Shown here piece by piece: positions 46,665 through 57,811 of a stretch of 64,000 bases of DNA; within the stretch, counting starts at the first letter, position 1, and the number at the start of each line of letters is the position of its first letter. A program made the translations under genes and the position numbers. Source of the DNA: a virus (taxonomy: Duplodnaviria; Caudoviricetes). The DNA is taken from positions 32,001 through 96,000 of IMG/VR virus record IMGVR_UViG_3300019371_000265. One strand, 5' to 3'. A model generated the notes under the pieces. The model saw only the letters and a list, made by a program, of their open reading frames with translations. It had not been told where the DNA came from and ran no database searches.

Positions 46665-46844
46665 TTGTCAGACAGTCACTATATGGCTGTCTTTTTTATT
46701 ATGCAAATATGAATAGAATCTTGGACTTCATTAGTCGGTATTTGCTTCGTGGAAGAACATGTGACTTTGCAAATCATATGGGTATGGAACTCCAACATAC
46801 TCTTCCCCTATTACTAATTTGGAGTATTATTTAGGAGGATAATA

Positions 46845-47621
46845 ATGAGGCGAATTGGAAACGCGAAAAAAGATACCGCGGAAGATGTTTTTATGTCAAT
46901 GATGGATAATATTGATGGAATGGTAAAATTTATAATAGAAATCGAAGAATTAGAAAAAAGAGAATTTGAATGTGAAGATGTATATAATTATGTAATGAAA
47001 AATGAGAATGGATTAGTCAAGATTGGTATAAGTAAAGATATAGACACTAGGCAGAATACGTTGGAGCATACTAGCGGATATAAAATTATTGATATATTTT
47101 ATACTAAGCCAAAGAGAAAAGCTTTGATTGTAGAGGCGGAATTACATAGATACTTTTCAAATTACAGAAAACTTGGAGAATGGTTTTATTTGGAGTTCGA
47201 TGACGCAGTTGAAAAGACTAAAGAATTATCAAGCATAGATTGTGAAATCGAAGATGAGAAAAATAAATCATATGAAGATCATATCTTAGATGTACTGATA
47301 CTTATCGGCAAATTGGGTAAAAGTGATGAAGACATATTAGATTATCTTGTTGTATCAAAAACTTTAAAATGTGGAGACATAAATAGAATACAAAAATTAG
47401 CAAAACTTTACGCTGAAAAATATATAGAAACGGGTGAAGAAGTATTTAACTTGTTTACGTTATATTTATTATTAAAGATTAAAACTGATTATAAAATGGA
47501 CGTTGTAAAATTTGAAAATGGTGACGAATTATTCATTTCAGGATATACCGCTTGTTTCTATGAAAAGAAAACTGATTTTTGTGAATGTTTAGATTTCTAT
47601 AGCTCAATATATGGAAAATAG
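46845..47621 (+). CDS. T5orf172/GIY-YIG domain protein
   Basis: YVM...VKIGIS...R...E..LH..F...R..GEWF. Confidence 0.75.
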   Translation: MRRIGNAKKDTAEDVFMSMMDNIDGMVKFIIEIEELEKREFECEDVYNYVMKNENGLVKIGISKDIDTRQNTLEHTSGYKIIDIFYTKPKRKALIVEAELHRYFSNYRKLGEWFYLEFDDAVEKTKELSSIDCEIEDEKNKSYEDHILDVLILIGKLGKSDEDILDYLVVSKTLKCGDINRIQKLAKLYAEKYIETGEEVFNLFTLYLLLKIKTDYKMDVVKFENGDELFISGYTACFYEKKTDFCECLDFYSSIYGK

Positions 47622-47650
47622 CAATGTAAATATTTTATATAAGAAGGTAC

Positions 47651-47679
47651 AGAACGTGGCTTAACCGCCACGTTCTTTT
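47651..47679 (+). terminator. Intrinsic terminator
   Basis: agaacgtggc-ttaacc-gccacgttct-ttt. Confidence 0.65.
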
Positions 47680-47697
47680 GTTCAGGAAGGAGACTCT

Positions 47698-48477
47698 ATG
47701 AGAGATATAACATTGTGTCACCCTAGATTGCAGAAATTAGCATCACAATTAACCTCAGAATGTGGTAAGCAAGGATTAAAAATTGCCATAGGTGAAACTT
47801 TTCGTACTGTGTCAGAGCAGGACGCTCTTTACGCGCAAGGCAGAACTGCTCCAGGCAACAAAGTAACCAATGCTCCAGGTAGTACATATAGTTCCTATCA
47901 TCAATGGGGAACAGCTTTCGATTTTTACCGGAATGATGGACAGGGTGCTTATAACGAAGCTGGGGACTTCTTCGGGAAAGTTGGCGCAATAGGCGTGAGT
48001 ATTGGATTGGAATGGGGAGGAAACTGGAAGTCTCCCGTTGATAAACCGCATTTTCAACTTCCAGACTGGGGAAGTTCAACGAGTGGTATTAAAAAAGTGT
48101 ACGCAAACCCAGATGAGTTTAAGAAGACATGGAGTAAAGAAGTCCCAGAGGAAAAGAAATCTGGTTGGATTCAGACTTCAGATGGTTGGTCATATTACAA
48201 CGGCGACACCGGATTACCTGTATGTAATGATTGGGTTGAGTATAAAGGTAAATGGTATTGGTTCAACGCCGCAGGAATCATGGTTACAAACGTATGGTAT
48301 CAGTATAATAACGCATGGTATTTCCTCGGAGCAGACGGCGCAATGTGTCAGTCACAGTTAGTTGCTGATTCTGGTAAGATTTATGCCGTAGATGCTGACG
48401 GGAAAATGATTACTGGCGAAGTATTGGTTTCAACGTTAAGTGACGGATCATTACAATATGAAGGATTAGCTAATTAA
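47698..48477 (+). CDS. Endolysin: M15 (L-Ala-D-Glu) peptidase + cell-wall-binding repeats
   Basis: FRTVSEQDALYAQGR, SYHQWGTAFD, WGG.W...DKPHFQ; WYWF/WYFL repeats. Confidence 0.9.
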   Translation: MRDITLCHPRLQKLASQLTSECGKQGLKIAIGETFRTVSEQDALYAQGRTAPGNKVTNAPGSTYSSYHQWGTAFDFYRNDGQGAYNEAGDFFGKVGAIGVSIGLEWGGNWKSPVDKPHFQLPDWGSSTSGIKKVYANPDEFKKTWSKEVPEEKKSGWIQTSDGWSYYNGDTGLPVCNDWVEYKGKWYWFNAAGIMVTNVWYQYNNAWYFLGADGAMCQSQLVADSGKIYAVDADGKMITGEVLVSTLSDGSLQYEGLAN

Positions 48478-48548
48478 ATAATTATACATACAAAGACAGT
48501 CGTTAATTCGGCTGTCTTATTTTAATGGAATAAAAGGAAGGTGATTTT

Positions 48549-49568
48549 TTGGCTCAAGGTGGCAGACCAAAGGGAAGTATCAAACCAAAGGAAAGTTTAT
48601 TGGTAATTGCAACAGCAAATAAAGATGCAGTTACTAAACCAACAATAATCTCTCCTAAAAAAACAGAAGTTGAAGAAAGCTTAATTAAAAAACCACACAA
48701 ATGCGTAACATGTGGAACTAGGTATGCGAAACAAGAAGGTAATTTTTCGTTCAGTCAGTCTCCGTTCTTTAAGGGGAATAATTCATATTTGCCGATTTGT
48801 AATGATTGCATTGATTCACTGGTTAAACAATATCAAGAAATACTTGGAGATCAAGATGCAGCAATTAAAAGAGTTTGCCTACACTGGGATATTTATCAGA
48901 ATGATAGTATTTTATCTGCAAGCAAAAAAAGCGGTGCTCAACGTTCACGTATAAAAGAATATGTTCGCCAGTGTAATTTAAATCAGAATTCAGGTAAAAC
49001 ATATGATGATTATTTATATGAACAGAACAATAACCTTATACTGTCAGAATCAGATATTGAGAATATGGAAGAGCCAGACGCTAAAAAATTACAAAAAAAT
49101 ATGAAGAGATGGGGAATCGGTTATTCTGAAGCAGAATATGACATGCTTAATGAGCATTATAAGCTTTATAAAGATAGTATTGATGAGGAAAATGCAACAC
49201 AGGCTACATTGTTAAACGATCTATGTGAACAATATGTGCTTAAAGCAAGAGCCAGGCAAGATAAAGATATGGATAGATACGACAAAGTATCTAAACTATA
49301 CCAACAAACACTTGGAAACGCAAATTTAAAACCAAAAACAAATGGTGATACAGCGATAAACAATCCAGATGAGTGTTGGGGTAATTTCACTAAAATTATA
49401 GAAACTATGTCTCCTGCCGAATATTTTAAGGATAAGTCAATATTCAAAGATTATGATGAACAAGATGAATATTATAGGCGTTTTGTAGAAAGACCAACAA
49501 ACAATTTAATAAATGGTACTTCAGCAATGGATGAAGAATATTCCATCAAGGTAACGGAAGATGAATAA
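48549..49568 (+). CDS. Putative terminase small subunit / packaging protein
   Basis: GGRPK N-terminus, CxxC pairs; directly precedes large terminase. Confidence 0.55.
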   Translation: MAQGGRPKGSIKPKESLLVIATANKDAVTKPTIISPKKTEVEESLIKKPHKCVTCGTRYAKQEGNFSFSQSPFFKGNNSYLPICNDCIDSLVKQYQEILGDQDAAIKRVCLHWDIYQNDSILSASKKSGAQRSRIKEYVRQCNLNQNSGKTYDDYLYEQNNNLILSESDIENMEEPDAKKLQKNMKRWGIGYSEAEYDMLNEHYKLYKDSIDEENATQATLLNDLCEQYVLKARARQDKDMDRYDKVSKLYQQTLGNANLKPKTNGDTAINNPDECWGNFTKIIETMSPAEYFKDKSIFKDYDEQDEYYRRFVERPTNNLINGTSAMDEEYSIKVTEDE

Positions 49569-51363
49569 CGAAAGTTTATTAGATGAACGTCAATTAAATG
49601 CCCATAAGAATGTTACAGAGGGACATTGGTTATCAAACAAAAATAATTTAATGCATTTTTACGAATGGAATACGTTTTTTAAAAGAAATATAAATCGTTA
49701 TGCTGAAATGTATTTTGGTTTTAATTTATATCCATACCAACACTTGGAATTATATGAAATGAACACCAATTCTTCAAATGTAATAGTTGGTTCACGAGCA
49801 GTTGCCAAATCATATGTTGTTGCGATTTTTGGTTGTAGCAAAGCATCTCTGTATCCAAACAGCAAAATTGTAATAGCAAGCGCAACTAAAGGACAATCTA
49901 AACTTATTGTTACTGAAAAAATAAAAAATGAACTTATGAGTCAATCTCCTAATCTCCGGAGGGAAATACTTAGCATTAAAGATAATCAAAACGATACAGT
50001 TGTAAATTTTAGAAATGGAAGCACGATTAAGGTTGTTCCTGCGAATGATAATGCCAGAGGTAACAGAAGTACGTGTATTATATATGAAGAGTTTCGTATG
50101 ATAGATAAGTTTGTTGTAGACTCAGTTCTGTCGCCATTCCAAATTATAAGACCAGTCCCATATTTGAAATTCGACGAGTATTCAGCTCTGGCGGAAGAAC
50201 CAACGGATATTTATATAAGTTCGGCGTGGTACTCATCTCACTGGATGGGGAAACTATTAGAAGATACCATGGTAGAAGTACGTAATGGAAAAGATCAGTG
50301 TGTCCTTGGATTTGATTACAGTTTAACCTTGAAACATAATATAAAAACACGAAATCAGATATATAAGGATATGAAGAAGTTTGACCCCATTACATTTGCT
50401 ATTGAATACAAGAATCAAATGATAAAAGAAAATACTACGGCTTATTTCAAATACAAAATGTTTACTGATAATCAAAGATTAAGAAAACCATTTTATCCAA
50501 GATTAACATTAGATGTTCTGAATAGAAAAAAGAACCCACACGCTATACCAAAACAAGATGGAGAAATAAGAATAATATCTTGTGATATGGCTTTTGTTGA
50601 AAATAAAAATAATGATAATTCAATTTTCAGCTGCATTAGGCTTATTCCAGAAAGTATTACCTATACATCTCAAAGTATAGAGGGATCTGGCAAGGAAATT
50701 AAACAAGGATATCGCAGAATGCTATGTTATCTTGAAGCAATACAAGGCGGAGATACTACAAAGCAAGCCATTCGTATAAAACAGCTTTTTGAGGACTTTG
50801 ATGCGGACTATTGTGTTCTTGATATGCGTAATGGTGGTATAGCTGTTTATGACTTATTGGCAAAAGTAATGTACGACGAAGAGAGAGATAAAGAATATAG
50901 ACCGTGGGTTTGTTTCAATGATGAAAAAATAGCGAATCGTATTAAGAGTGCGGGGGCAACCCCAGTACTCTTTTCTATTGTGGCATCTCAAAAACTCAAC
51001 AGCGATATAGCACAAGAATTTAGGTTAAGTCTGGTTGAGAATAAAATAGATTTTCTTGTTGGATATAATGATGCTGTGGAAAATATTTTACCAAAGATAC
51101 CAGAATATATGGAGAATTTTGATTTAGATAGTCAGTTATTCTATGAAGCTCCATTCCTTGACACTCAAGAATTAATTTCAGAAAGTGTTGAGTTGGTATA
51201 TGAGAAGAAACCACAAACAGATATCGTAGTTATTAGCGAGCAAGGTTCTAACAGAAAGGATAGGTATACATCGGTTTCTTATGGAAATTATTTTGCCAGT
51301 TTACTTGAGCAAGATTTACTGTCTGATTCTTCAGACTATGATTTTCTACCACTATATAATTAA
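49561..51363 (+). CDS. Terminase large subunit
   Basis: SRAVAKS Walker-A variant, ARGNR, IIYEEFR Walker-B, ISSA, nuclease D motifs (SCDMA, KDRY). Confidence 0.88.
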   Translation: MNNESLLDERQLNAHKNVTEGHWLSNKNNLMHFYEWNTFFKRNINRYAEMYFGFNLYPYQHLELYEMNTNSSNVIVGSRAVAKSYVVAIFGCSKASLYPNSKIVIASATKGQSKLIVTEKIKNELMSQSPNLRREILSIKDNQNDTVVNFRNGSTIKVVPANDNARGNRSTCIIYEEFRMIDKFVVDSVLSPFQIIRPVPYLKFDEYSALAEEPTDIYISSAWYSSHWMGKLLEDTMVEVRNGKDQCVLGFDYSLTLKHNIKTRNQIYKDMKKFDPITFAIEYKNQMIKENTTAYFKYKMFTDNQRLRKPFYPRLTLDVLNRKKNPHAIPKQDGEIRIISCDMAFVENKNNDNSIFSCIRLIPESITYTSQSIEGSGKEIKQGYRRMLCYLEAIQGGDTTKQAIRIKQLFEDFDADYCVLDMRNGGIAVYDLLAKVMYDEERDKEYRPWVCFNDEKIANRIKSAGATPVLFSIVASQKLNSDIAQEFRLSLVENKIDFLVGYNDAVENILPKIPEYMENFDLDSQLFYEAPFLDTQELISESVELVYEKKPQTDIVVISEQGSNRKDRYTSVSYGNYFASLLEQDLLSDSSDYDFLPLYN

Positions 51364-51378
51364 GGAGGTGATACTTAA

Positions 51379-53067
51379 ATGCCAGAAACAACAAATGAAC
51401 CCAGGAAAAGAGGTAGACCAAAAGGTTCGAAAAGTAAAAACAGCGTCAATGACATTAATACTACAGCAGAAATTAATCAAGGAAGCATCACATTGGACGA
51501 CAAATTCTCACATGAATTTAACTCGGCAATTCCAGTATCACTCTCCGTTGGCGATACAGTAATAGATTGTCCAGTAGACTTAGATATGATATCGGAGTAT
51601 AAAGCAAATCCAATGATCTATAATCAGCAGTTACGTAGATTATCTTGGTGGGCTTATCGTACAAATGGAACCATCTCTAGCGGTCTTGACTATATGAGGT
51701 CAATGCATACTCTGGATAAAGTTGTTTATACAACGGTTCCTAACACATCTGATTCATTTAAGAAACGCAGAATGTCAAATAAAAAGAAATTCGAATCTGC
51801 TCTCGATGCAATTAAATATAAGAAATTTATTCGTGATGCCTTATTAAAAGATTTTAATGATGGCATTATTTTTTATTATCTTGAAACTACAAAACCAGTA
51901 GCAGAAAATAAGAAATTTCTTTCAGACGAAGAAGTCTTGAATATATTCGAGATTAATGAATTGGGCATAAATGCATCAATTATAGCGTTGCCAGTTGATT
52001 ATTGCAAAATTATAAGTAGGAAGAATGGTTCTCCGCTAGTAGCATTTGATTTAAGGTACTTCTCTCAATATTGTGGAGACAGATTAAAAAGAAAACTTAG
52101 ATCATTCCCAAAAGAAATCAGAGATGGTTGGGTCAAATATGATGCTGGAAAACAGATTCAACCGTGGTTGCTCTTGAATAATGATAATACAATTTGTCAC
52201 AAGATTAAGTCTGCTGATAGTGAACCATGGGGAATACCTATGCCGATTGCTTCTCTTGATGACATTTTATATGCCAATCATTTTATCAATACGAAAAGAA
52301 GTGTCTTAGACGATTTAAATAACCAAATTTTCTATGAGACTTATCCAGAAGGTGAAAGGAAAGGCAGTTCTTCTCTCTCTCAGCCTCAACAGACAGCGCA
52401 GCATAATATGATTAAAGGCGCTTTATTTAACAATAACAATCGTTATGGTAAAGCATTTTTCTCTTTAGCTACTGGTACTAAACTTGACCAAATAAAAGTT
52501 GATACCACTATTTTTGATGAAAAAAATGAGGTAAATGTAAAAAATAATATATCTCAAGACCTCGGTATCGAAGCGGCTATTGTTGGTGGAAAATCAAGTG
52601 CTAACTTTGCTACGGCTACGCTTAATATTGAATGTATCTCCTCTTCTATTTATTCGTACATTACAGAAATTGTAGACGAATTAAATAAGGTGATAAACGC
52701 CAATATCATAAATGATAATTCATGCCCGACCAAGATGTCAATATTACCGACTACTTTTGTAAATAGAGACAAAATGGTTAAGTATATGAGTGATTTATAT
52801 GCAAGGGGTAAAGGTAGTTTACAGGCGTGGATTTCGAGTACAGGAGTTGACCCAGAATGCTATTTAGCTCTCATGGAAGAAGAATTAGAACAGGACGTTG
52901 AGAATCGCTTTCCCGTACATAAAATTAGTTATAATTTGTCTAGCAAAGATTCTGCTCCAAGTGATATTGATAAAAGCGCTGGGAGACCTGAAGATACAAG
53001 TAATTCAAACGAAAATACAATTGTATCAAAATCAAATGACGCTAATGGAATGCCAAAAACAAAATAG
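51379..53067 (+). CDS. Portal protein
   Basis: Position after terminase; size; WGIP motif; C-terminal GRP. Confidence 0.75.
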   Translation: MPETTNEPRKRGRPKGSKSKNSVNDINTTAEINQGSITLDDKFSHEFNSAIPVSLSVGDTVIDCPVDLDMISEYKANPMIYNQQLRRLSWWAYRTNGTISSGLDYMRSMHTLDKVVYTTVPNTSDSFKKRRMSNKKKFESALDAIKYKKFIRDALLKDFNDGIIFYYLETTKPVAENKKFLSDEEVLNIFEINELGINASIIALPVDYCKIISRKNGSPLVAFDLRYFSQYCGDRLKRKLRSFPKEIRDGWVKYDAGKQIQPWLLLNNDNTICHKIKSADSEPWGIPMPIASLDDILYANHFINTKRSVLDDLNNQIFYETYPEGERKGSSSLSQPQQTAQHNMIKGALFNNNNRYGKAFFSLATGTKLDQIKVDTTIFDEKNEVNVKNNISQDLGIEAAIVGGKSSANFATATLNIECISSSIYSYITEIVDELNKVINANIINDNSCPTKMSILPTTFVNRDKMVKYMSDLYARGKGSLQAWISSTGVDPECYLALMEEELEQDVENRFPVHKISYNLSSKDSAPSDIDKSAGRPEDTSNSNENTIVSKSNDANGMPKTK

Positions 53068-53080
53068 GGAGTTGATAAAT

Positions 53081-53239
53081 ATTAAATACAAACTAATTTT
53101 TGAGCCAAGAGTTGCTAGGTATTTATTGAAATGCGGACACGTAATTTACGATATAAAACCAAATAAAAATAATTCCGAAAGGACAATATTTGTATTTAAA
53201 TTAACAGAAAAACTTAAAGATGATTTAGCTAGTGTTTAA
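53081..53239 (+). CDS. Small DUF5659-like protein (probable ATT start)
   Basis: LIF..RVARYLL..G..I.DIKPNK.N..RTIFVF. Confidence 0.55.
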   Translation: MKYKLIFEPRVARYLLKCGHVIYDIKPNKNNSERTIFVFKLTEKLKDDLASV

Positions 53240-53284
53240 AACACTAGCTTTTTTATTTAAAAAAATTCATTAGAAAGGTCAAAA

Positions 53285-54397
53285 ATGAAAAAGACTCATG
53301 AAAAATATGAAAGCGAACTTTCAATTAAAAATCCAAATTTAAAATTACTAAATAAATATTCTGGGGGACACAAAAAAGTTAAATACATATGCTTAAAATG
53401 TGGAAACGAGAACGAAGCAGATGCTTCCGGTTTACTTGCGGGTCATGGCTGCCCTACTTGCGGAATTGAAAAAATGAAATTATCACAAAGACGTACTAAC
53501 TCAGAATTCATAAATGAAATGAAGAAAACTCAACCTACATTAGAAATTTTGAGTGAATATGTGAATTCAAATACAAGGATAAAGGTAAGATGTATTATTT
53601 GTGGGAATGAATATACCACGATTGCATCAAACTTATTAAGCGGTTATTCATGTAGAAGTTGTTATGATAAAAATAGAACGCGTTCTCACGAAGAATACGT
53701 AGATATAATGAAAGATAAAAAACCAAATATATTAGTATTAGGAAAATATGTTACAAATGATACAAGAATTAAAGTAAAGTGCAAAGTTTGTGGACATGTT
53801 TGGAACCCACTTGCTGGTGCAGTATTAAACCAACATGGCTGCCCCATATGTGCTGGAGTAAAAATAATGCCAACTTCCATGTTTAAAAATAAAATGAAAA
53901 ATATAAACAATAATATAGAATTATTTGGTGACTATCTGGGGTGTAAAGAACCTATGTTGTGTAAGTGTAAAAAGTGCGGGAATGAATGGTATGATACTCC
54001 AGATAAAATGTTAAACTTTGCCTTCAAGTGCCCTATATGTGAAAGAATAAAATCTAATATGGAAGCATATATAGAAGACTTTCTAATTTCTAACAATATA
54101 AAATATGAAACACAGAAGAAATACTTAGGATTAATTGGCGTTGGAGGCAGACAACTTTCGTATGATTTTTATTTACCTGATTTCAATATATTGATAGAAG
54201 CGCAAGGGAAGCAACACGAAAAACCAATAAAATTTTTTGGTGGAGTTAAAGGTCATAAAATACAGAAGGAACATGATAAAAGAAAAATGGATTACGCGAG
54301 AAATCATAACATTAGACTTATTGAGATCTGGTATTACGACATTGATGACATAAATAACATTTTAGATAATCTATTGTTATCTCGATTAGTAATTTAA
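53285..54397 (+). CDS. Zn-ribbon-repeat endonuclease (free-standing homing-endonuclease-like)
   Basis: Four CxxC...CxxC repeats; C-terminal YDFYL...IEAQGKQH...D..K..YA...LIEIWY. Confidence 0.8.
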   Translation: MKKTHEKYESELSIKNPNLKLLNKYSGGHKKVKYICLKCGNENEADASGLLAGHGCPTCGIEKMKLSQRRTNSEFINEMKKTQPTLEILSEYVNSNTRIKVRCIICGNEYTTIASNLLSGYSCRSCYDKNRTRSHEEYVDIMKDKKPNILVLGKYVTNDTRIKVKCKVCGHVWNPLAGAVLNQHGCPICAGVKIMPTSMFKNKMKNINNNIELFGDYLGCKEPMLCKCKKCGNEWYDTPDKMLNFAFKCPICERIKSNMEAYIEDFLISNNIKYETQKKYLGLIGVGGRQLSYDFYLPDFNILIEAQGKQHEKPIKFFGGVKGHKIQKEHDKRKMDYARNHNIRLIEIWYYDIDDINNILDNLLLSRLVI

Positions 54398-54421
54398 ATA
54401 AGTTAGAGGAGGTGATTACAT

Positions 54422-55594
54422 TTGGATCTGAATTTAATAGAAATATCTCAACAGGTGTCTCCTGATGGTAGACGTAGAGCAAGGTTTGCATTACACGAAG
54501 TTTACCCAGATGAAACTCAATGTAATTTGAATGGAATTACATATTTAGAAGAACCAACGAGAATAAATGCGAACAGTGTTATTGGTATGCCAATATGCGC
54601 AACGTTTTTGGACGAGAACAAAGATATTCCATATGATCATGGATTAACCGGACAAGAAGAAAATATGCCAGTATTTGAAGATTCTGTGCAAGTTGGAACT
54701 GCTGATGGTTGGAGTATTGAAAACATCACTGTCGATGGAGAAGAAAAACGAGCATTGGTTTGCGACTGCTACATTAATCAGCAAAGATATCCGCTGTTCG
54801 TAGAGTGGTTAGAAGCTTGCAGACAAAACGGAGTAACGGTACATGGAAGTGTTGAGTTCGTAGGAACCAAAGAAAACGGTCGTATCATTTATAAAGATGG
54901 TAAGACGCAAGATGATAAATATCGAGTACCTATAGAATACGTTTATAGTGCATTCTGTGTAATCACTGTAAAGGCGAGTGATTCTACTGCTATTATGGTT
55001 GAATTAAATCAACTTAATAATAAAGAAATAAATCAAAATAACAAGGAGGAAAATTTAATGGATGAGAAACAGATTGAACAGCTCATTTCAAATGTAAAAA
55101 GTGCTGTCGCTGAAACTAATTCTAAGAATTCCGAATATGAAGCAAAAATTGCTGAATTAAATTCTATGCTTGAAACAAAGGACACTGAAATTGCAGAATT
55201 AAATGCAAAAAATGTGTCCCTCGAAGAAGGTGCAAACGAGAAGGATAAGGAAGTCGCAGAATTAAATGCAATGGTTGAAAAGATTACAAAGGAATTAAAT
55301 GCGTGCATGAAAGATAATGCTATCAATGAATTAAATTCCGCACTAAAAGATTTTACTGATGAGGAAAAGAAGGCTGCTGAAGCTGAAATCAACTCTTTCA
55401 ATGAGGATTTCACCAAGGTTCCAGTTGAGAAAATTGTTGACAAGATTAATGCCGCTATTGGCGCAAAAGTAAAAGAGAGACAGATTGCTGAAATTAATTC
55501 TGCAAAAGAAAAGAAAGCTGATGACATCTTTGGATACATGGATGATGCGGATTCTGATGCAAATAATTCAGATCTTGATGAAATTTTTGAATAA
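54422..55594 (+). CDS. Prohead protease/scaffold protein
   Basis: N-terminal globular domain + C-terminal coiled coil with ELN repeats; precedes head genes. Confidence 0.65.
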   Translation: MDLNLIEISQQVSPDGRRRARFALHEVYPDETQCNLNGITYLEEPTRINANSVIGMPICATFLDENKDIPYDHGLTGQEENMPVFEDSVQVGTADGWSIENITVDGEEKRALVCDCYINQQRYPLFVEWLEACRQNGVTVHGSVEFVGTKENGRIIYKDGKTQDDKYRVPIEYVYSAFCVITVKASDSTAIMVELNQLNNKEINQNNKEENLMDEKQIEQLISNVKSAVAETNSKNSEYEAKIAELNSMLETKDTEIAELNAKNVSLEEGANEKDKEVAELNAMVEKITKELNACMKDNAINELNSALKDFTDEEKKAAEAEINSFNEDFTKVPVEKIVDKINAAIGAKVKERQIAEINSAKEKKADDIFGYMDDADSDANNSDLDEIFE

Positions 55595-55612
55595 TAAGGA
55601 GGAAATTAAATT

Positions 55613-56071
55613 ATGTTAAAATTTAGAGAATTAGGAACCTACAAAGTAGCCCAGAATAACGGTTACTGCACTTGCGCTTCTGTTTTAAAGAATGGATATG
55701 GCGTTACTGTAGATGAAGCAACTAAAGTTGCAGCACTTCCAACATCAACTACTACAAAAGGAGATGTCTGGATCGTATTAAACAGAATTGATAAACCGGA
55801 AACTCATGAACCAAACGATTACAAAATTGAGATCGGAGAGTATCCAAGATTGTTTAGAGTAAAATCTTTAGATGGTCGTATTATCGACATGGATATGGAT
55901 GCTGTTACTACTGCATACGCAGATGTTGCAGTAGGTGATAAATTAACTTTTGGAACAGATGGTAAATTAGTCGAAACCGCAGATGTAACCGGATATGATA
56001 CATATTTTGAAGTTACTGAGAAGACGGTTTTTGGTGGGGCAGGTTTAGCGGTAAAGGTTGTAGTAGCTTAA
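55613..56071 (+). CDS. Head decoration/cement protein
   Basis: Position and size before capsid. Confidence 0.6.
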   Translation: MLKFRELGTYKVAQNNGYCTCASVLKNGYGVTVDEATKVAALPTSTTTKGDVWIVLNRIDKPETHEPNDYKIEIGEYPRLFRVKSLDGRIIDMDMDAVTTAYADVAVGDKLTFGTDGKLVETADVTGYDTYFEVTEKTVFGGAGLAVKVVVA

Positions 56072-56147
56072 ATAAAAAATATCAATTAGCATGGAACACC
56101 CCTCATGGGTGTCTTTTTTATGCGCAAAAATAAGGAGGAAATTTTTA

Positions 56148-57242
56148 ATGAATACATCTTTTGAATTAAATAATGCAAGAAAAGACGACATTCAGGTCAA
56201 AGACCAGAAGAAATTAAATAGAGTGGTTGAGATTTGTTCAGCCATTTTTCACGGAGATGATTTAGCAAAATATGGTAAAGAAGTTGATGCCGTAGTAACA
56301 AGACTTAAAGATCTTGGCAACAGAGCAGACAACGGTGATTGGAGAGCTAGAGCTGAAATAAACTCATATGTAAAGTTTATGATTCAGCCAAAATTACTTG
56401 AGTCCATGAAGGTATTTTCCTTCCTTGGTAACTATAAAGAAATTGGATATGATCAGCAAGCAATGGTGAAAACATACAATTACGAAGGACTCGATGCAAA
56501 GATGCAGGCTTCTGGTTCTGACGTAAGTTTTGCAGGAAAGAACTGGATTGAATATCCAATTACCACAAAGACAATCTCTAGTGGTATGGCAATTGATTAT
56601 AGAGAATTGGCAAGTGGAAACTTTGGTGGAACTATCGCCGAAGAAACTGCACAGGTTCAGATCGACATGAACAACAAGGCAGTTGCCTACGTATTAGAAG
56701 TACTTAGCAAGGCTATTAAAGAAAATACAAAATATGTAAAATTCTATTCTGAATATGATACCGTTCCCACTCAGAGTGGCGTAAATGCAATGATCGCAAA
56801 TATGAGAAAAATGGGTAAAGTGGGCATCGCAGGTGATTTCTCTGTTCTTTCTACTATTTGTGATTGGAATGGATATAAGACCGTAGGAGACGCTAGCATA
56901 CCGTTCTACACACCAGAGCAGGTAAATGAAATTGCGAAGGCGGGATTAAATGGTTTCTATAAGGGAGCTTCTCTTGTTGAGCTTGAGAATCCATATAACT
57001 TTACAAAACCGCTGGCTGATAAAACTTCTTTTGAGACGTATTATGATTCTGATAAACTGTATTTCACAGCACAGGGCAATACCTCTCCACTCAACATCTT
57101 TAGACGTGGTGGAATTATGACTATGAGTGGAAATGATGTTGAAACTGGTGTCGTTAAGACACGCTTCGATATTGAGGTTGGAGCAGATGTTGTTAGGGGT
57201 AGAGAATTTGAGATTGGTATGATTGCTAAAAAGGTAGTTTAA
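56148..57242 (+). CDS. Major capsid protein
   Basis: AAGGAGG RBS before MNTSF; ~364 aa; synteny; terminator follows. Confidence 0.75.
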   Translation: MNTSFELNNARKDDIQVKDQKKLNRVVEICSAIFHGDDLAKYGKEVDAVVTRLKDLGNRADNGDWRARAEINSYVKFMIQPKLLESMKVFSFLGNYKEIGYDQQAMVKTYNYEGLDAKMQASGSDVSFAGKNWIEYPITTKTISSGMAIDYRELASGNFGGTIAEETAQVQIDMNNKAVAYVLEVLSKAIKENTKYVKFYSEYDTVPTQSGVNAMIANMRKMGKVGIAGDFSVLSTICDWNGYKTVGDASIPFYTPEQVNEIAKAGLNGFYKGASLVELENPYNFTKPLADKTSFETYYDSDKLYFTAQGNTSPLNIFRRGGIMTMSGNDVETGVVKTRFDIEVGADVVRGREFEIGMIAKKVV

Positions 57243-57254
57243 TTTATTTACCAT

Positions 57255-57280
57255 AGGAGGGGCATTTGCCTCTCCTTTTT
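57255..57280 (+). terminator. Intrinsic terminator after capsid gene
   Basis: aggaggggc-attt-gcctctcct-tttt. Confidence 0.7.
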
Positions 57281-57314
57281 ATAAAAATAATAATCATTTA
57301 AAGGAGAGAGTTAA

Positions 57315-57800
57315 ATGGCTCAAGTTAAATTAACTGATAGAGTTAGTATTGATAATTTAAGGAGTTGGAATCTTGATTTTAGAGCAACTGAATCTAATAG
57401 AGATATTACAATTCCTGCAAATGTGAAAGGCTATAAACAGCTTACTGTAGCTGAGATTGATGGACAAGTAAAAATGGGGAATTTATTCTTTGTTGGTAAA
57501 GATGGTTTTGGAAATAATGCAGATATCAGAATCAATGACAAAGCAGTTGTAGCATTTGTATTTGGAGAAGGTTCAGAGGAAGATGAATCTCCTGCTTCTA
57601 CTTTACTCACAAAGGAAAGCGTATCAGTGCTTTTGAATGCATCTCCAAAAGCTAAATTCCAAGAACAACTTGAAAAGTTAGTGGCTACAGAAGCAGAAAA
57701 GAAAACTATTATTCCAATGGCAAAAGAAGTTGGAATTGATAACGTTGAAGCATATAAAATTGCTGCAATTGAAAAGATTTCAGGATATAAATTCGACTAA
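57315..57800 (+). CDS. Virion morphogenesis protein (unknown)
   Basis: Synteny. Confidence 0.6.
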   Translation: MAQVKLTDRVSIDNLRSWNLDFRATESNRDITIPANVKGYKQLTVAEIDGQVKMGNLFFVGKDGFGNNADIRINDKAVVAFVFGEGSEEDESPASTLLTKESVSVLLNASPKAKFQEQLEKLVATEAEKKTIIPMAKEVGIDNVEAYKIAAIEKISGYKFD

Positions 57801-57811
57801 TACAAGGAGGG

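Noticed and set aside
46607-46834. 75-aa ORF
   Set aside because: Begins inside tRNA-Pro and crosses its terminator
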